Origin: an uncultured archaeon
Lineage (GTDB): Archaea > Nanobdellota > Nanobdellia > Pacearchaeales > GW2011-AR1
Direction: 5' to 3'
DNA length: 64,000 nucleotides
Assembly (NCBI GenBank): GCA_903831045.1
Contig: CAIKWG010000005.1
Span: 7,743-71,742 of the forward strand
Each line of letters begins with the position of its first letter. The stretch's first letter is position 1. A program made the translations under genes and the position numbers. Positions 38,433 to 49,033 of this stretch are shown piece by piece. The notes under the pieces were generated by a model. It saw only the letters and a program-made list of their open reading frames with translations. It had not been told where the DNA came from and made no database searches.

Positions 38433-41400
38433 TTAAGCTCCTGAAGCATAAACTCCAGATTCTTTCATGAAAACCCAATAACCATAACCAGGTTTCATTG
38501 TAGTAAATTCTTTAACTCCAGCTACACTATAAGTTTTCCATTCTGAAGTGGCTGTATTAAATTCTAATACAAAGGAGTATTTTCCATCTACAGCACTTAA
38601 GGCATTAGATACAGTTGAAGTTATCTCAGTTCCATGGCCAATTAAATTCCATCCTACAGCTAAATCTTGCGAAGGTGGAACTGGAGGAACTCCAGAACCA
38701 ATTGTTTCATAAGTTAAGCTTAATGTTTTATCCACAGACGGTTTAACCCAATATCCCTTAAGAGGATCAATAGTAGACAATGTTCCAGAACCTAGATATT
38801 TGTATACCCAATCTTCTATACTGGCATCATAATAATAAATTAAATCATTAGTACTAAATAAACTTCCAACATTTGAATTAGCCAAAGTCTTTGGAACAGA
38901 AATTAAATTCCATTTTCCACCAGTCAAAACTATTTGATCATCAAATGTAGGAGCATTAATAGTAATACTTAAAGTTTTAGAAGTTGTTCCTTTTGATGCA
39001 GTAATAGTAGCTGTATCTTCAGTTCCATCTGAAGGTCCTGTTAATACAACAACTGCTTGACCATTAACATTTGTTGTTGCACTCATAGTTGTTGCCCCAT
39101 TGCTAAATAATCCTTTAGTTGTTGCAAAAGAAATTGTTTCTCCAGCAGAAGCAATATCATTTCCATTGACATCTTGCATTTGGGCTGTAATGGTTGTAGT
39201 ATCTGCTCCATCTGCATCAACAGAAGAAGGATTTGAACTTAATGCAATTGCTCCAAAAGAACCTGCACTAAATGTAACGTTTATTGTTTGAACTACTCCA
39301 TAACTTGAAAAACTAATTACAGCAACTCCAGTAGTTGCGGCAGAAGTTAATGTAACTTGAATTTGACCGCTTGATGTTGTTCCACTTAAATCACTTAATG
39401 AACCTTGAGTAGTTGACATCTCAACCATTGTTCCATCTGCCATTAGATTATTTGCTCCATCTCTCAATGTAGCAGTAAGAGTTGCAGTACTTGCTCCATC
39501 TGCAGCAATCTTTGTCTTAGTTGTAGATAAACTGATTGCATGAGTTTCTAAAAATCCAATTTTAACTGAATCATTAATTATTCCACTATTAGCAGTTCCA
39601 TCAGTCGCAACAACATAACAATTCCAAAAATCATCTTTTGTAGTAAGAGATTCTGAAACAGTGTTTGTAGTTAATCCAACTTGTTCAACATTATTTTTAT
39701 ACCATTTGTAAACATAAGTCAGACTATCTGAATCAGCGTCTGTGCTTCCACTTGCAGTACAAGTCAAATTATCAACTGAGTAAGGATTATTCGGAGTAAC
39801 ATCAACTGTAGGATTTGCTGGAATAGTATTTCCAATTGTAACAGTTGAAGAAGTCTGAGTTTCTCCAGCATTTGTTCCATCACTTGGAGTTACAGTAAAG
39901 TACCAAACATCTCCTTTAGTAGTTGCACTTGCTAAAACAGTTGAACCAGTTATCCCACTATCAATATCATTTTTGTACCATTTTATCACAGTTCCAGAAT
40001 TTGCATCACTGTCTGCATCTGCATAAGTATAACTTGCTGTTAAATCATTGGTAGTTAATGGTGATGAAGGTGTTAAAGATAAACTGCTTGCAACAGGAGC
40101 TGTGTTGGAAATAGTCACAGAACTTTCTGTATAAGCTCCAGCTTCTCTTCCATCTCCAGGAGTAACTCTACATTTCCAAACTTCTCCTTTAGCAGTATTA
40201 GTTGCTAAAACAGTATTTGTTGTTAATGAAGTTTGATTATCTTCACCCTTAAACCACGAATAAGAATAAACTACGCTATCTAAATCAGCATCTGTGCTTC
40301 CACCAACATTACAAGTTAAATCATTTGTAGTATAAGCAGTTGTAGGACTAACAGTCACAGCTGGAGAATTAGGCAATTGATTAATATTAATTGTTTTACT
40401 AATAATAGTTTGTGAATTGCCTGCAGCATCAGTTGAAAAATATCTTAAATAATTAACTCCTCTTGTGCTGAATGAAATTCCAGTTACATAATCAGTTGTA
40501 GGAGTACAAGTATTAACATTATCCATACAATATTTTGTTGAAGCAACTCCAACTACATCTGAAGGACTAATAGTTACAGTATATCCTGGAAGCTGAATTG
40601 CAGTTACAGAATTATCTGAAGTTGTCGGTGCAGTTATATCTTGAACAGTAATTGTAAATGTTTCTGGAGTTGCTGCATTACTATGAGCATCTGTTTTTGA
40701 ACAAGTAACAGTAGTTATTCCAAGTGCAAAAGTATCTCCAGAATCTCTATTACACGTTGTATTAATATTTCCGTCTACAACATCACGAGATAGAGGAGTA
40801 GCAAATGTTGCAACAGCTCCGGATGAACTTGTTGCTTCTAAAGTTATATCTGCAACGTTATCAATTGTTGGAGCAGTTCTATCTTGAACAGTTATTGTAA
40901 ATGTTTCTGAAGTTGCGGCATTTCCTGCAGCATCTGTTTTTGAACAAGTAACAGTAGTTATTCCAAGTGCAAAAGTATCTCCAGAATCTCTATTACACGT
41001 TGCATTAATATTTCCGTCTACAACATCACGAGATAGAGGAGTAGCAAATGTTGCAATAGCACCTGATGAACTTGTAGCTTCTAAAGTTATATCTACAACA
41101 TTATCAATTGTGGGTTTAGTTGTATCACTAACAGTAATTGTAAATGTTTCTGGAGTTGCTATATTTCCAGCAACATCTGTTTTTGAACAAGTCACAGTAG
41201 TTACTCCAATAGCAAATGTTGAACCTGAAGTTGCATCACAAGTCGACGCAATATCTCCATCTACAACATCACGAGATAGAGGAGTAGCAAATGTTGCAAT
41301 AGCACCTGATGAACTTGTTGCTTCTAAGGTTATATCTACAACATTATCAATTGTGGGTTTAGTTGTATCTATTCCAGCAATTGCGTTTGATAGTTTATAT

Positions 41401-44400
41401 TCAATATTTCCAGCAACATCAGTTGATCTATAACAAACATTTTTAGTATTATCATCTTGTGAAGTAAAAGTTGTACTTGAATAAGCTTCAAAAGTTAATG
41501 AAATATCACAAGTATTCACTCCAGCAGCATTAACAAACATTGTAAGAGTACCATCTCCCCCATCTGCAGTAATAGTTTTACTTTGCGCAGAAGAAGTATC
41601 TGGATTAATTATTGTAATTGTAGGTTTCGTTGTATCTATTCCAGCAATTGCATCCGATAATTTATATGCAATATTTCCAACAGCATCAGTCGATCTATAA
41701 CAAACAGTTTTAGTATTATCATCTTGTGAAGTAAAAGTTGTACTTGAATAAGCTTCAAAAGTTAATGAAATATCACAAGTATTCACTCCAGCAGCATTAA
41801 CAAACATTGTAAGAGTACCATCTCCCCCATCTGCAATTATTGTTTTAGTTTGAGCAGAACTAGTAGTAGGATTTGTAATTGTTATTGTTGGAGCAGTTCT
41901 ATCAATTCCTGCAATTGCATTTGATAAAGAATATGCAATATTTCCTGCAACATCAATTGATCTATAACAAACCTTTTTACCATTGTCAGATTCTGAACTA
42001 AAAGTATTAGAGTCATAAGCAACATAAGTTAAGGTTCCATCGCAAATAACACCAGTAGTAATAGACATAGTTAAAGTTCCATCTTCACCAGTTGCTGTTA
42101 TTGTTTTGCTTTGAGCAGCATTAGTATTTGGATTTGTAATAGTAATGACTGGTGCAGTATTATCAATAGTTAATGAAGTTACTCCAGTTGCAGCAGAATT
42201 AGCATTTCCAGAAACATCGCTAGCAACAATTGAAATTGCTTGAGCTCCATTATTTCCAGACGGAACATTCCATGAATAAGTCCAAACCGTATTACTAACC
42301 ATAGTCATATCAACAGTAGTAACAAGAGCCCCAATTGTAATTTTAGGTTTAGTAGCTTCATTAATTCCCGAACCTGTTTCAGTAAAAGTAGCAGTAATAA
42401 TAACAGTATCTGCATCTCTTACAATTGTATCTGCATGATCATTTGATAAAATAACTGTCGGCACAGTTGTATCAACATTCATATTTGAGTTATATGCCCA
42501 AGGAGTGTAATCTACATTAGTTGAAACAGTATCACATCCAGAAGTTCCAGGTCCAGTTGGACATCCCCAATAATTATTTGTTGCATTAAAAGTTCCGTAT
42601 GAAGAAGCATGTCTTGCACCAATTCCATCATTACCAGAGATTATATTATTATGTGCATTAGCAATAGGAGTTTCAGTTCCAGTAGCATATCCTACATTAA
42701 TTCCATAATAATTATCATTAAGAGTGTTATCTAAAATTGTTGCCCGAGAATTTAATAAAACAATTATTCCTGCAGAATTAGAACCATCTACAGTTGCAAC
42801 TCCAAGATTATTTGTAATTGTACTACCAGTTATTGTTACAACAGCACCATTAGTAACTTCAACACCGTAATCTAACCAATTTCCAACTCCCTTTCCAGTA
42901 TAAGTATTATTAGAATAAATACCCGTAGTTCCAGCACCCCAATAAGCGATTCCTTCTCGACCAATATTATCAAAGCTTGAATCACTTACGTTAACATCTC
43001 CAATCATACCAAAAGCATAAATTGCAAAACCAGCATAATCTGGACCAGAAGGATTATATTGTAAATTTGTAAAATAAACATCTTGGATTGTTCCAGTACC
43101 TTTATGTCTAATACCATGAAAAATTTTATACCCTGTTCCATCAAGAGTAACTTTACTCAAATTAAATGCAATTCCAGAATTAACAACCCACCAACCTTTT
43201 GCATCTCCAGAACTTCCTGTATCTTGATTAGTTTTAATTATAGTTGTGGCTCTATCTGCACCAACAATATTTAGATTTTTACTAATAACTATTTGCCCTA
43301 CTTCTGTATAAGTTCCAGCACTTACTTCAATTGTATCTCCAGCAGTTGCAGCATTAATTGCAGCTTGAATTGTAGTAAAATCTTTTCCACTTGCACCAAC
43401 AGTTAATTTATTATCTGAATCATAAATAGCTCCATCTGAGTTTACAGTTGATTGAATATTTTCAGAATTATCTTTTACTTTCACATAAATTGTTTTTGCT
43501 CCATCACTAGCAACACATCCAGCTCCAGTTACAATATTAAATGAATCATAACTTGTTGACCATGCAACCCAATCACTCCAAGAAGAACTATCACAACTGA
43601 ATTGCATAAGATTTGGAGTAACTGCTCCAGCAGTTAATGTTAAGACAGGAGTTGAATCTTTTGTGACAACATTTCCGCTATCAACAGAGATTGTAACTGC
43701 ACTAGGAGTAATTGTATCAACTGCAAAAGTTTGAGCGTTTGTATTATCATTCATAATATTTCCAGTATTATCTCTTGCATTCTTCACACTGATGGTTCCA
43801 ATTGCTTCTTCATTATTATCCGTAATAGTAACACTTCCAACCCAAGTTGTTCCAGTGTAAGATGTTTGACTGATAGTATATGCTCCAGAAAGTCCAGTAA
43901 TTTCAACGAGAGGAGAAACAGCATTATTCATTCCAGTTCCTGTTTCAACAAAATTCACAGTAACAGTTAAAGCTCCATTAGCGTCATTTACCGCAGAAGG
44001 ACTAACAACAACTGAACCAACAGTTGGTTTAATTGTATCTAAAACAATATTAGAAGTTGTAGTTCTGGAATTTCCAGCTAAATCTGTAGCAACAACAGTG
44101 ATAGTATTAGAACCTTCAGATAAATGAAGATTAGAATAAGAATAAGTTCCACCTACAATAGTTGCAACATTGTTGTTTACAGTAATTGTATTAAGATTTG
44201 TTTCAGTAAATGTTCCAGATATTGTTTGAGCAGTAATACTTGTAGGAGTTGTAACAGTATTTAATCCGATAGCGGGTAAAGTGTTATCAATGGTAAAAAA
44301 ATTATTTGAAATAGAATAAATATCTGAATCCGAAGTAGCACGAATTTTAATACGATAGTTTGATGTATCTGTCTTTCCATTTGTGCTCCAAGAATAAGTA

Positions 44401-44684
44401 CCTAAACTACAAGCAACATTGGAAGCAATAAGGATAGTTGTACCAGGATTCCAAGTGCCAAGGGTTCCTCCTTGACCATAATAAAGATTTACAGTTTCTC
44501 CTTCAACGCAATCAGTAGAATCCCATGTAACACTTTGAGTTCCACTTAAATATTCTCCACCATTAGGAGAAGTCACTGTAACACTGCTTAAAGCAGAAAC
44601 ACTAAATGAGAAAAATATAACAAACAAAACAGTTAACACAGGTAAGAAATTCTTTGCTCTTTTATCTAACATAATTTTAACCAT
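38433..44684 (-). CDS. Giant (2083 aa) adhesin-like surface protein: Ig domains, pectin-lyase-like beta-helix, 3 HYR repeats, invasin Big_1 domains
   Basis: 'SPNGGE', 'TIQAAINAA..GDTI.V.AGTY.E', 'NATNNYWG', HYR-like 'TF.LG.TTVTC..TD..GN' x3, 'ADG...TLTAT.RD', and a 'WNLIS(G)...GYW' C-terminal domain. Confidence 0.8.
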   Translation of the reverse strand: MVKIMLDKRAKNFLPVLTVLFVIFFSFSVSALSSVTVTSPNGGEYLSGTQSVTWDSTDCVEGETVNLYYGQGGTLGTWNPGTTILIASNVACSLGTYSWSTNGKTDTSNYRIKIRATSDSDIYSISNNFFTIDNTLPAIGLNTVTTPTSITAQTISGTFTETNLNTITVNNNVATIVGGTYSYSNLHLSEGSNTITVVATDLAGNSRTTTSNIVLDTIKPTVGSVVVSPSAVNDANGALTVTVNFVETGTGMNNAVSPLVEITGLSGAYTISQTSYTGTTWVGSVTITDNNEEAIGTISVKNARDNTGNIMNDNTNAQTFAVDTITPSAVTISVDSGNVVTKDSTPVLTLTAGAVTPNLMQFSCDSSSWSDWVAWSTSYDSFNIVTGAGCVASDGAKTIYVKVKDNSENIQSTVNSDGAIYDSDNKLTVGASGKDFTTIQAAINAATAGDTIEVSAGTYTEVGQIVISKNLNIVGADRATTIIKTNQDTGSSGDAKGWWVVNSGIAFNLSKVTLDGTGYKIFHGIRHKGTGTIQDVYFTNLQYNPSGPDYAGFAIYAFGMIGDVNVSDSSFDNIGREGIAYWGAGTTGIYSNNTYTGKGVGNWLDYGVEVTNGAVVTITGSTITNNLGVATVDGSNSAGIIVLLNSRATILDNTLNDNYYGINVGYATGTETPIANAHNNIISGNDGIGARHASSYGTFNATNNYWGCPTGPGTSGCDTVSTNVDYTPWAYNSNMNVDTTVPTVILSNDHADTIVRDADTVIITATFTETGSGINEATKPKITIGALVTTVDMTMVSNTVWTYSWNVPSGNNGAQAISIVASDVSGNANSAATGVTSLTIDNTAPVITITNPNTNAAQSKTITATGEDGTLTMSITTGVICDGTLTYVAYDSNTFSSESDNGKKVCYRSIDVAGNIAYSLSNAIAGIDRTAPTITITNPTTSSAQTKTIIADGGDGTLTMFVNAAGVNTCDISLTFEAYSSTTFTSQDDNTKTVCYRSTDAVGNIAYKLSDAIAGIDTTKPTITIINPDTSSAQSKTITADGGDGTLTMFVNAAGVNTCDISLTFEAYSSTTFTSQDDNTKNVCYRSTDVAGNIEYKLSNAIAGIDTTKPTIDNVVDITLEATSSSGAIATFATPLSRDVVDGDIASTCDATSGSTFAIGVTTVTCSKTDVAGNIATPETFTITVSDTTKPTIDNVVDITLEATSSSGAIATFATPLSRDVVDGNINATCNRDSGDTFALGITTVTCSKTDAAGNAATSETFTITVQDRTAPTIDNVADITLEATSSSGAVATFATPLSRDVVDGNINTTCNRDSGDTFALGITTVTCSKTDAHSNAATPETFTITVQDITAPTTSDNSVTAIQLPGYTVTISPSDVVGVASTKYCMDNVNTCTPTTDYVTGISFSTRGVNYLRYFSTDAAGNSQTIISKTININQLPNSPAVTVSPTTAYTTNDLTCNVGGSTDADLDSVVYSYSWFKGEDNQTSLTTNTVLATNTAKGEVWKCRVTPGDGREAGAYTESSVTISNTAPVASSLSLTPSSPLTTNDLTASYTYADADSDANSGTVIKWYKNDIDSGITGSTVLASATTKGDVWYFTVTPSDGTNAGETQTSSTVTIGNTIPANPTVDVTPNNPYSVDNLTCTASGSTDADSDSLTYVYKWYKNNVEQVGLTTNTVSESLTTKDDFWNCYVVATDGTANSGIINDSVKIGFLETHAISLSTTKTKIAADGASTATLTATLRDGANNLMADGTMVEMSTTQGSLSDLSGTTSSGQIQVTLTSAATTGVAVISFSSYGVVQTINVTFSAGSFGAIALSSNPSSVDADGADTTTITAQMQDVNGNDIASAGETISFATTKGLFSNGATTMSATTNVNGQAVVVLTGPSDGTEDTATITASKGTTSKTLSITINAPTFDDQIVLTGGKWNLISVPKTLANSNVGSLFSTNDLIYYYDASIEDWVYKYLGSGTLSTIDPLKGYWVKPSVDKTLSLTYETIGSGVPPVPPSQDLAVGWNLIGHGTEITSTVSNALSAVDGKYSFVLEFNTATSEWKTYSVAGVKEFTTMKPGYGYWVFMKESGVYASGA
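40630..41365 (-). repeat. Three near-identical 243-bp HYR-domain repeats
   Basis: ttatcaattgt recurs at 40858, 41101 and 41344; boundaries approximate. Confidence 0.85.
41370..42165 (-). repeat. Three ~267-bp Ig-like domain repeats, two near-identical
   Basis: gatctataacaaac recurs at 41425, 41692 and 41959; boundaries approximate. Confidence 0.8.
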
Positions 44685-44800
44685 TACAAAAGCAATACAA
44701 CTTACTCTATTTAAACACTTTTGTTCTATAAGATATATTATTTAATATACATTTAAAAAAATATCGTCGCTATTTTAACATAAAATTCAATAAAAATTTC

Positions 44801-45409
44801 TCACTCCCAAACAATTCTTGCATCAACAATAAAACCTCTAGAATCCTGAACCATCAAAGGATTAATATCCATTTCTTTTATCTTTGGATATTTTTTAACA
44901 AGCTCATTAACTTTCAAAATGATATTCTCAATAATTACAACATCTCGCATTGGTAAAGCTCTAGCAGCATGAACTTCATGAATCATTTTTCTAATATCTC
45001 CTATATTAATAGGAGCAACACGAAAAGTCATATCTTTCTTTTTCTCAACATCTGTTCCTCCAGACCCAAAACCAATAACCAATCCAAAGTCATGAGTTCT
45101 TTTAACTCCAATGATAAATTCAGAACCAGCAACTTGTTTTTGAATTACAACTCCTTGAGCTCCAGGAATTTTTCTTAGCTTCATAAAATAATGCAAAGCA
45201 TCAGAATAGGTTTTAACTCCTATCTGAACTCCACCAATTCTAGTTTTATGTATAATCTCTCTTCCAGCAGCTTTCATAACAACTGGAAAACCCAAATCCA
45301 CAAGCATTTGTCTTAAACCTTGGATTGTAGAAACAAATCCTCCTTTAACAACGACAAAACCCTCACTTCTTAAGAATTCTTCAGCTTCTTTTTCTGAAAA
45401 TATTTTCAT
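44801..45409 (-). CDS. acdB: ADP-forming acetate/acyl-CoA ligase beta subunit (ATP-grasp)
   Basis: GFPVVMK, HKT..GGV, FGSGG and EMDINPL...VDAR motifs. Confidence 0.88.
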   Translation of the reverse strand: MKIFSEKEAEEFLRSEGFVVVKGGFVSTIQGLRQMLVDLGFPVVMKAAGREIIHKTRIGGVQIGVKTYSDALHYFMKLRKIPGAQGVVIQKQVAGSEFIIGVKRTHDFGLVIGFGSGGTDVEKKKDMTFRVAPINIGDIRKMIHEVHAARALPMRDVVIIENIILKVNELVKKYPKIKEMDINPLMVQDSRGFIVDARIVWE

Positions 45410-45455
45410 AATAGCTTAACATAAGTTATTTATATATACTTTTCGAATTATATTC

Positions 45456-46691
45456 ATGAAAAAGAGGAGAGAAAAGGGTGAAACTAAAAGAGAAACCCTA
45501 ATTGAAAATTTTCTAAATCCCAAAACAATTGCAGTTATAGGAGCATCAGAAAAACAAAACAAGGTAGGAACAGTTCTAATGCAGAAGTTAGAAAGTTTTA
45601 AAGGAACAGTCATTCCAATAAATCCATCCTCCTCAACAATTTTTTCAAAAGTTTCTTACAAAACAGTTCTGAACTATAAAGAAAAAATAGACTTAGCAAT
45701 AATTGCAATTCCAGCAGAAGCAGTTCCAAAAGTTCTAAAACAATGTGGCAAAAAGAAAATAAAAGAAATCATAATTATCTCTGCAGGATTTAATGAAATT
45801 GGAAATGCTAAGTTACAAAAGAGTGTAGACAGAATAAAAGAAAAATACAAAATGAATATTCTGGGACCAAATTGTTTTGGAATTGTAAACCCAAAATTAT
45901 CTTTAGACACAACCTTTGCAAACACAACCCCAAAAAAAGGAAATATTGCATTTATTAGCCAAAGTGGAGCTTTGTGGAGTTATATTGCAGATTTAAATTT
46001 AGGATTCTCTGGATTTGTAAGTCTGGGCAATATGTCAGATTTAGGATTTAATGAATTTTTAGAATATTACATTAAAGATAAATCAACAAAAAAGATAATC
46101 CTCTACATTGAAAAACTAAAGGAAGGAAGCAGATTCATCGAACTTTGCAAATCTACAAAAAAAGAGATTATTGTAATCAAAGCAGGAAAAACAGAACAAG
46201 GGAATAAAGCAGCAATAAGCCACACTGCCAGTTTAGCAACAGATTATGAAATATATTCTAAGGCATTCCTACAAGCAGGAGTAAGACAAGTTAACACTTT
46301 GGCCGAAGCACTGAACTTAGAAAGACCCAATATTATCCAAGAGCTTAAAGGAAAAAATCTCTTCATTATTACAAATGCTGGAGGAGCAGGAACGATTCTA
46401 ACAGATCAGTTAGTAAGCCAAGGATTCAAAGTAGAGGGACCAAGAGATATTCTTGGAACTGCAACAGCCAGTGATTATAAAACAACTCTTAACAAAATAG
46501 AACAAGATTATCATAATATAATTATCATCCTAACTCCTCAAAGAATGTCAGAGCCAACAAAAACTGCACAGGAAATTGTGCGTTCACATTGGAAAGATAG
46601 AATAATAGCAGTTTTTCTTGGGGATAAATCAATCCAAGAAGCGAAAAGAATTCTAGAAACAAACGGAGTAAAAGTTTTTACTAATCTATAA
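45456..46691 (+). CDS. acdA: ADP-forming acetate/acyl-CoA ligase alpha subunit
   Basis: IAVIGAS, GPNCFG, SQSGA, AAISHTASLA (phospho-His) and TNAGG motifs. Confidence 0.9.
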   Translation: MKKRREKGETKRETLIENFLNPKTIAVIGASEKQNKVGTVLMQKLESFKGTVIPINPSSSTIFSKVSYKTVLNYKEKIDLAIIAIPAEAVPKVLKQCGKKKIKEIIIISAGFNEIGNAKLQKSVDRIKEKYKMNILGPNCFGIVNPKLSLDTTFANTTPKKGNIAFISQSGALWSYIADLNLGFSGFVSLGNMSDLGFNEFLEYYIKDKSTKKIILYIEKLKEGSRFIELCKSTKKEIIVIKAGKTEQGNKAAISHTASLATDYEIYSKAFLQAGVRQVNTLAEALNLERPNIIQELKGKNLFIITNAGGAGTILTDQLVSQGFKVEGPRDILGTATASDYKTTLNKIEQDYHNIIIILTPQRMSEPTKTAQEIVRSHWKDRIIAVFLGDKSIQEAKRILETNGVKVFTNL

Positions 46692-46692
46692 A

Positions 46693-47346
46693 ATGAAATC
46701 CTCAACAATAGTTCCAATAATGAACACCCTAAGCAAGATTTATGTTTCAACAGAAAAAACAACTCTGAACAGAATGCGAAAAGAAAAAAATGCATTTAAA
46801 ATTTTAATCTCATGTCTTCTTTCACTTAGAGCCAGAGATGAAACCACAGACAGAATATCTGAAGCATTATTCAAAATTGCGGATACTCCTCAAGAAATCC
46901 TCAAAATTCCAACATCAAAATTAGAAAAGATTATTTTCTCAACAGGACATTACAAAAAGAAAACTCAAGTTTTAAAATCAGTTTCAAGAGAATTAATAGA
47001 AAGATTTAATTCAGAAGTTCCAAAAACAAAAGATGAACTACTTTCAATAAAAGGAATTGGCCCAAAAACAGCAAACATTGTTCTAGCATTTGCATTTGGA
47101 CAACAGGTTATTCCAGTAGATGTGCATGTGCATGTTATTCCGAATAGATTAGGATGGATAAAAACAAAAACTCCCGAACAAACAGAAAAAGAGTTAGAAA
47201 AGATAATACCAAAAAAATACTGGGCAGATTTTAATGCAATTTTTGTTCAATTTGGAAGAGAAACTTGCATTACAATTTCTCCAAAGTGTAGTACTTGCCC
47301 AATCAAGGAGTTATGCCCACGAATAGGAATAAAGTACAGTAGATAA
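46693..47346 (+). CDS. nth: Endonuclease III
   Basis: HhH LLSIKGIGPKTA, VDVHV and C-x6-C-x2-C-x5-C Fe-S motif. Confidence 0.95.
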   Translation: MKSSTIVPIMNTLSKIYVSTEKTTLNRMRKEKNAFKILISCLLSLRARDETTDRISEALFKIADTPQEILKIPTSKLEKIIFSTGHYKKKTQVLKSVSRELIERFNSEVPKTKDELLSIKGIGPKTANIVLAFAFGQQVIPVDVHVHVIPNRLGWIKTKTPEQTEKELEKIIPKKYWADFNAIFVQFGRETCITISPKCSTCPIKELCPRIGIKYSR

Positions 47347-48410
47347 AAGATAGATTATTTTCTATTTTTTTTAACTTTATCAATTAGTAAAATAAACTCT
47401 CGCTTTTTCTTAGAAGACGTGCATCCGATAAGATTGTAAAATTTAGAATATTCATTAAAGCTGGTTATATTAAAATAATATCTAACCTTATCCATCTTAG
47501 TATATGCTCTAATTGGATTGGAATTAATACCACAATCTTTAAGCATTTTTATTACTGCTTCTAATATTTCTTTCCTATCTTGATGAAATCGAACGGTATA
47601 ATTTTTAGAATTAACAGAACCTTCATCATCAAAAAATGCTCTAACTAAAGAAATTTTAAAATTAATATTTAATGTATTTATTTTTTCTGTTATTATTTTA
47701 TTCCCTCCCTCTGCAAATTTACCACATAGTTCGTACAAAATATCTGCACATATTTTAGGATAAAATAATCCTACATTATGACCCTTAGGAATATCCTTAA
47801 AATTTATCACTCTTTTCAACCATTTAGTATGCCCATAATTGGGAACATCTTGAACCCAAATTCTAGGTTTTATTCCAAAGATATCTTCCATATATCCTGA
47901 AAATTCTTTTAATAATTCTTGATTTGAGTTAGAATAAAAAACAGAATGAAATCTTTTGTCTATAGATCCGTCCCCTAAGATGTGTCCGATAATAGAACCC
48001 AATTTATGATCAATTTTTATTGGAAAATTAGGATTTATCTCTCCATTTCGTATTCCTGCCTTAATGTAAATTAAATTTTCTTCTATTTTATGCCAAGTAC
48101 AATCTGATAAATCAACCAGCTTTACAAGTTTCGCAAATGGGACTGTTCTATCTCCTTTCATCCATCCGTAAATAGTAGTAGCAGATTTTTTATTTTTATT
48201 AATTGGACAAGAAATTTTTTTAGCAAACAATTCATTTCTATGAGGTAAATTAGAATTTGATGCCTTTTTTAGTAATTCATTCAAGAAATTTAAATTTAAT
48301 TTTACATGGGAGTTAGATAGAGCATTACTTAAATCTTCCAAGTAAACTAAATCTTCCATGTTTAGTTAAAAAGATTAAATTTTATATATTTTATTACTCA
48401 TTTTCAAGGA
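47269..48410. mobile_element. Putative homing element: replacement nth 3' end plus antisense LAGLIDADG gene and promoter
   Basis: Begins with one 78-nt version of the nth 3' end (47269-47346) and is followed directly by a second homologous version (48411-48488). Confidence 0.7.
47355..48359 (-). CDS. Free-standing two-motif LAGLIDADG homing endonuclease (intein-DOD-like) with N-terminal HTH
   Basis: IIGHILGDGSI and LVRAFFDDEGSV motifs; no intein splicing residues; own TATATAAA 29 nt upstream. Confidence 0.88.
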   Translation of the reverse strand: MEDLVYLEDLSNALSNSHVKLNLNFLNELLKKASNSNLPHRNELFAKKISCPINKNKKSATTIYGWMKGDRTVPFAKLVKLVDLSDCTWHKIEENLIYIKAGIRNGEINPNFPIKIDHKLGSIIGHILGDGSIDKRFHSVFYSNSNQELLKEFSGYMEDIFGIKPRIWVQDVPNYGHTKWLKRVINFKDIPKGHNVGLFYPKICADILYELCGKFAEGGNKIITEKINTLNINFKISLVRAFFDDEGSVNSKNYTVRFHQDRKEILEAVIKMLKDCGINSNPIRAYTKMDKVRYYFNITSFNEYSKFYNLIGCTSSKKKREFILLIDKVKKNRK

Positions 48411-48488
48411 ATACCAGTCTCCCCCTTATGCTCTACATGCCCAATAAGCAAATATTACCCTAGAATAGATGTGAAGAGATTTAGGTGA
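48411..48488 (+). pseudogene. Orphan second copy of the nth C-terminus
   Basis: IPVSPLCSTCPISKYYPRIDVKRFR* aligns ungapped with ITISPKCSTCPIKELCPRIGIKYSR* (14/25 identical). Confidence 0.85.
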
Positions 48489-48525
48489 CCAAAACCTTTT
48501 TAAAACAAACTTCCATAAAAATTCT

Positions 48526-48636
48526 ATGAAAAGAAGTTCTAGACGTTGGAAGAAGAAAAGACAAATGCGTTGGAAATGGCAAAGAAAAAAGCTTAGAAAG
48601 GAAAAGCATAAGCGTAAAATAAGAAGATCTAAGTAA
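48526..48636 (+). CDS. rpl41e: Ribosomal protein eL41 (eS32)
   Basis: MKRSSRRWKKKRQMRWKWQRKKLRKEKHKRKIRRSK with the archaeal 'WKKK..MRWKW' signature; TATA at 48497. Confidence 0.85.
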   Translation: MKRSSRRWKKKRQMRWKWQRKKLRKEKHKRKIRRSK

Positions 48637-48680
48637 GACTAGTCTAGAAAATATGTTTCTTTAAGGTAAAAATTAATACT

Positions 48681-48980
48681 ATGACAAAAATAATCTGTTA
48701 TGCTGGATGTGTAAGAGAATATACTATTTATTTGTATAATCCGCAATCAAAACAAGTTATTACAAGAAATGGTAAAGGAGAAATAGTAAGAGTTCATAAT
48801 TTAATAGATTATAAAGAAAGATCATTAGAAAAATTAGATAAACTTTATTCAGCAGCCGGTATGCCCATAGAAATAGAAGAATCAAATTTTGAAGAGTTAT
48901 GCGAAAAAGCAGATCAATTAAAGGATCTTCATAACGAAATCAATAATCTAGCAAAAAAGCTTTTCTCAATTAAAAAGTAA
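48681..48980 (+). CDS. Hypothetical protein, paralog 1 of 3
   Basis: Pattern KI.CY.G....Y.Y.P...LY...G...IEE...LAKKL. Confidence 0.75.
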   Translation: MTKIICYAGCVREYTIYLYNPQSKQVITRNGKGEIVRVHNLIDYKERSLEKLDKLYSAAGMPIEIEESNFEELCEKADQLKDLHNEINNLAKKLFSIKK

Positions 48981-49033
48981 ACATCCTTTCTAAGAACATA
49001 AATCTTTAAAAATAGAAATAATCTCCAGAAGTT

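Noticed and set aside
40630-42165. CRISPR array or DGR repeats
   Set aside because: The repeats are in-frame protein domains; no spacers, cas genes or reverse transcriptase in the window.
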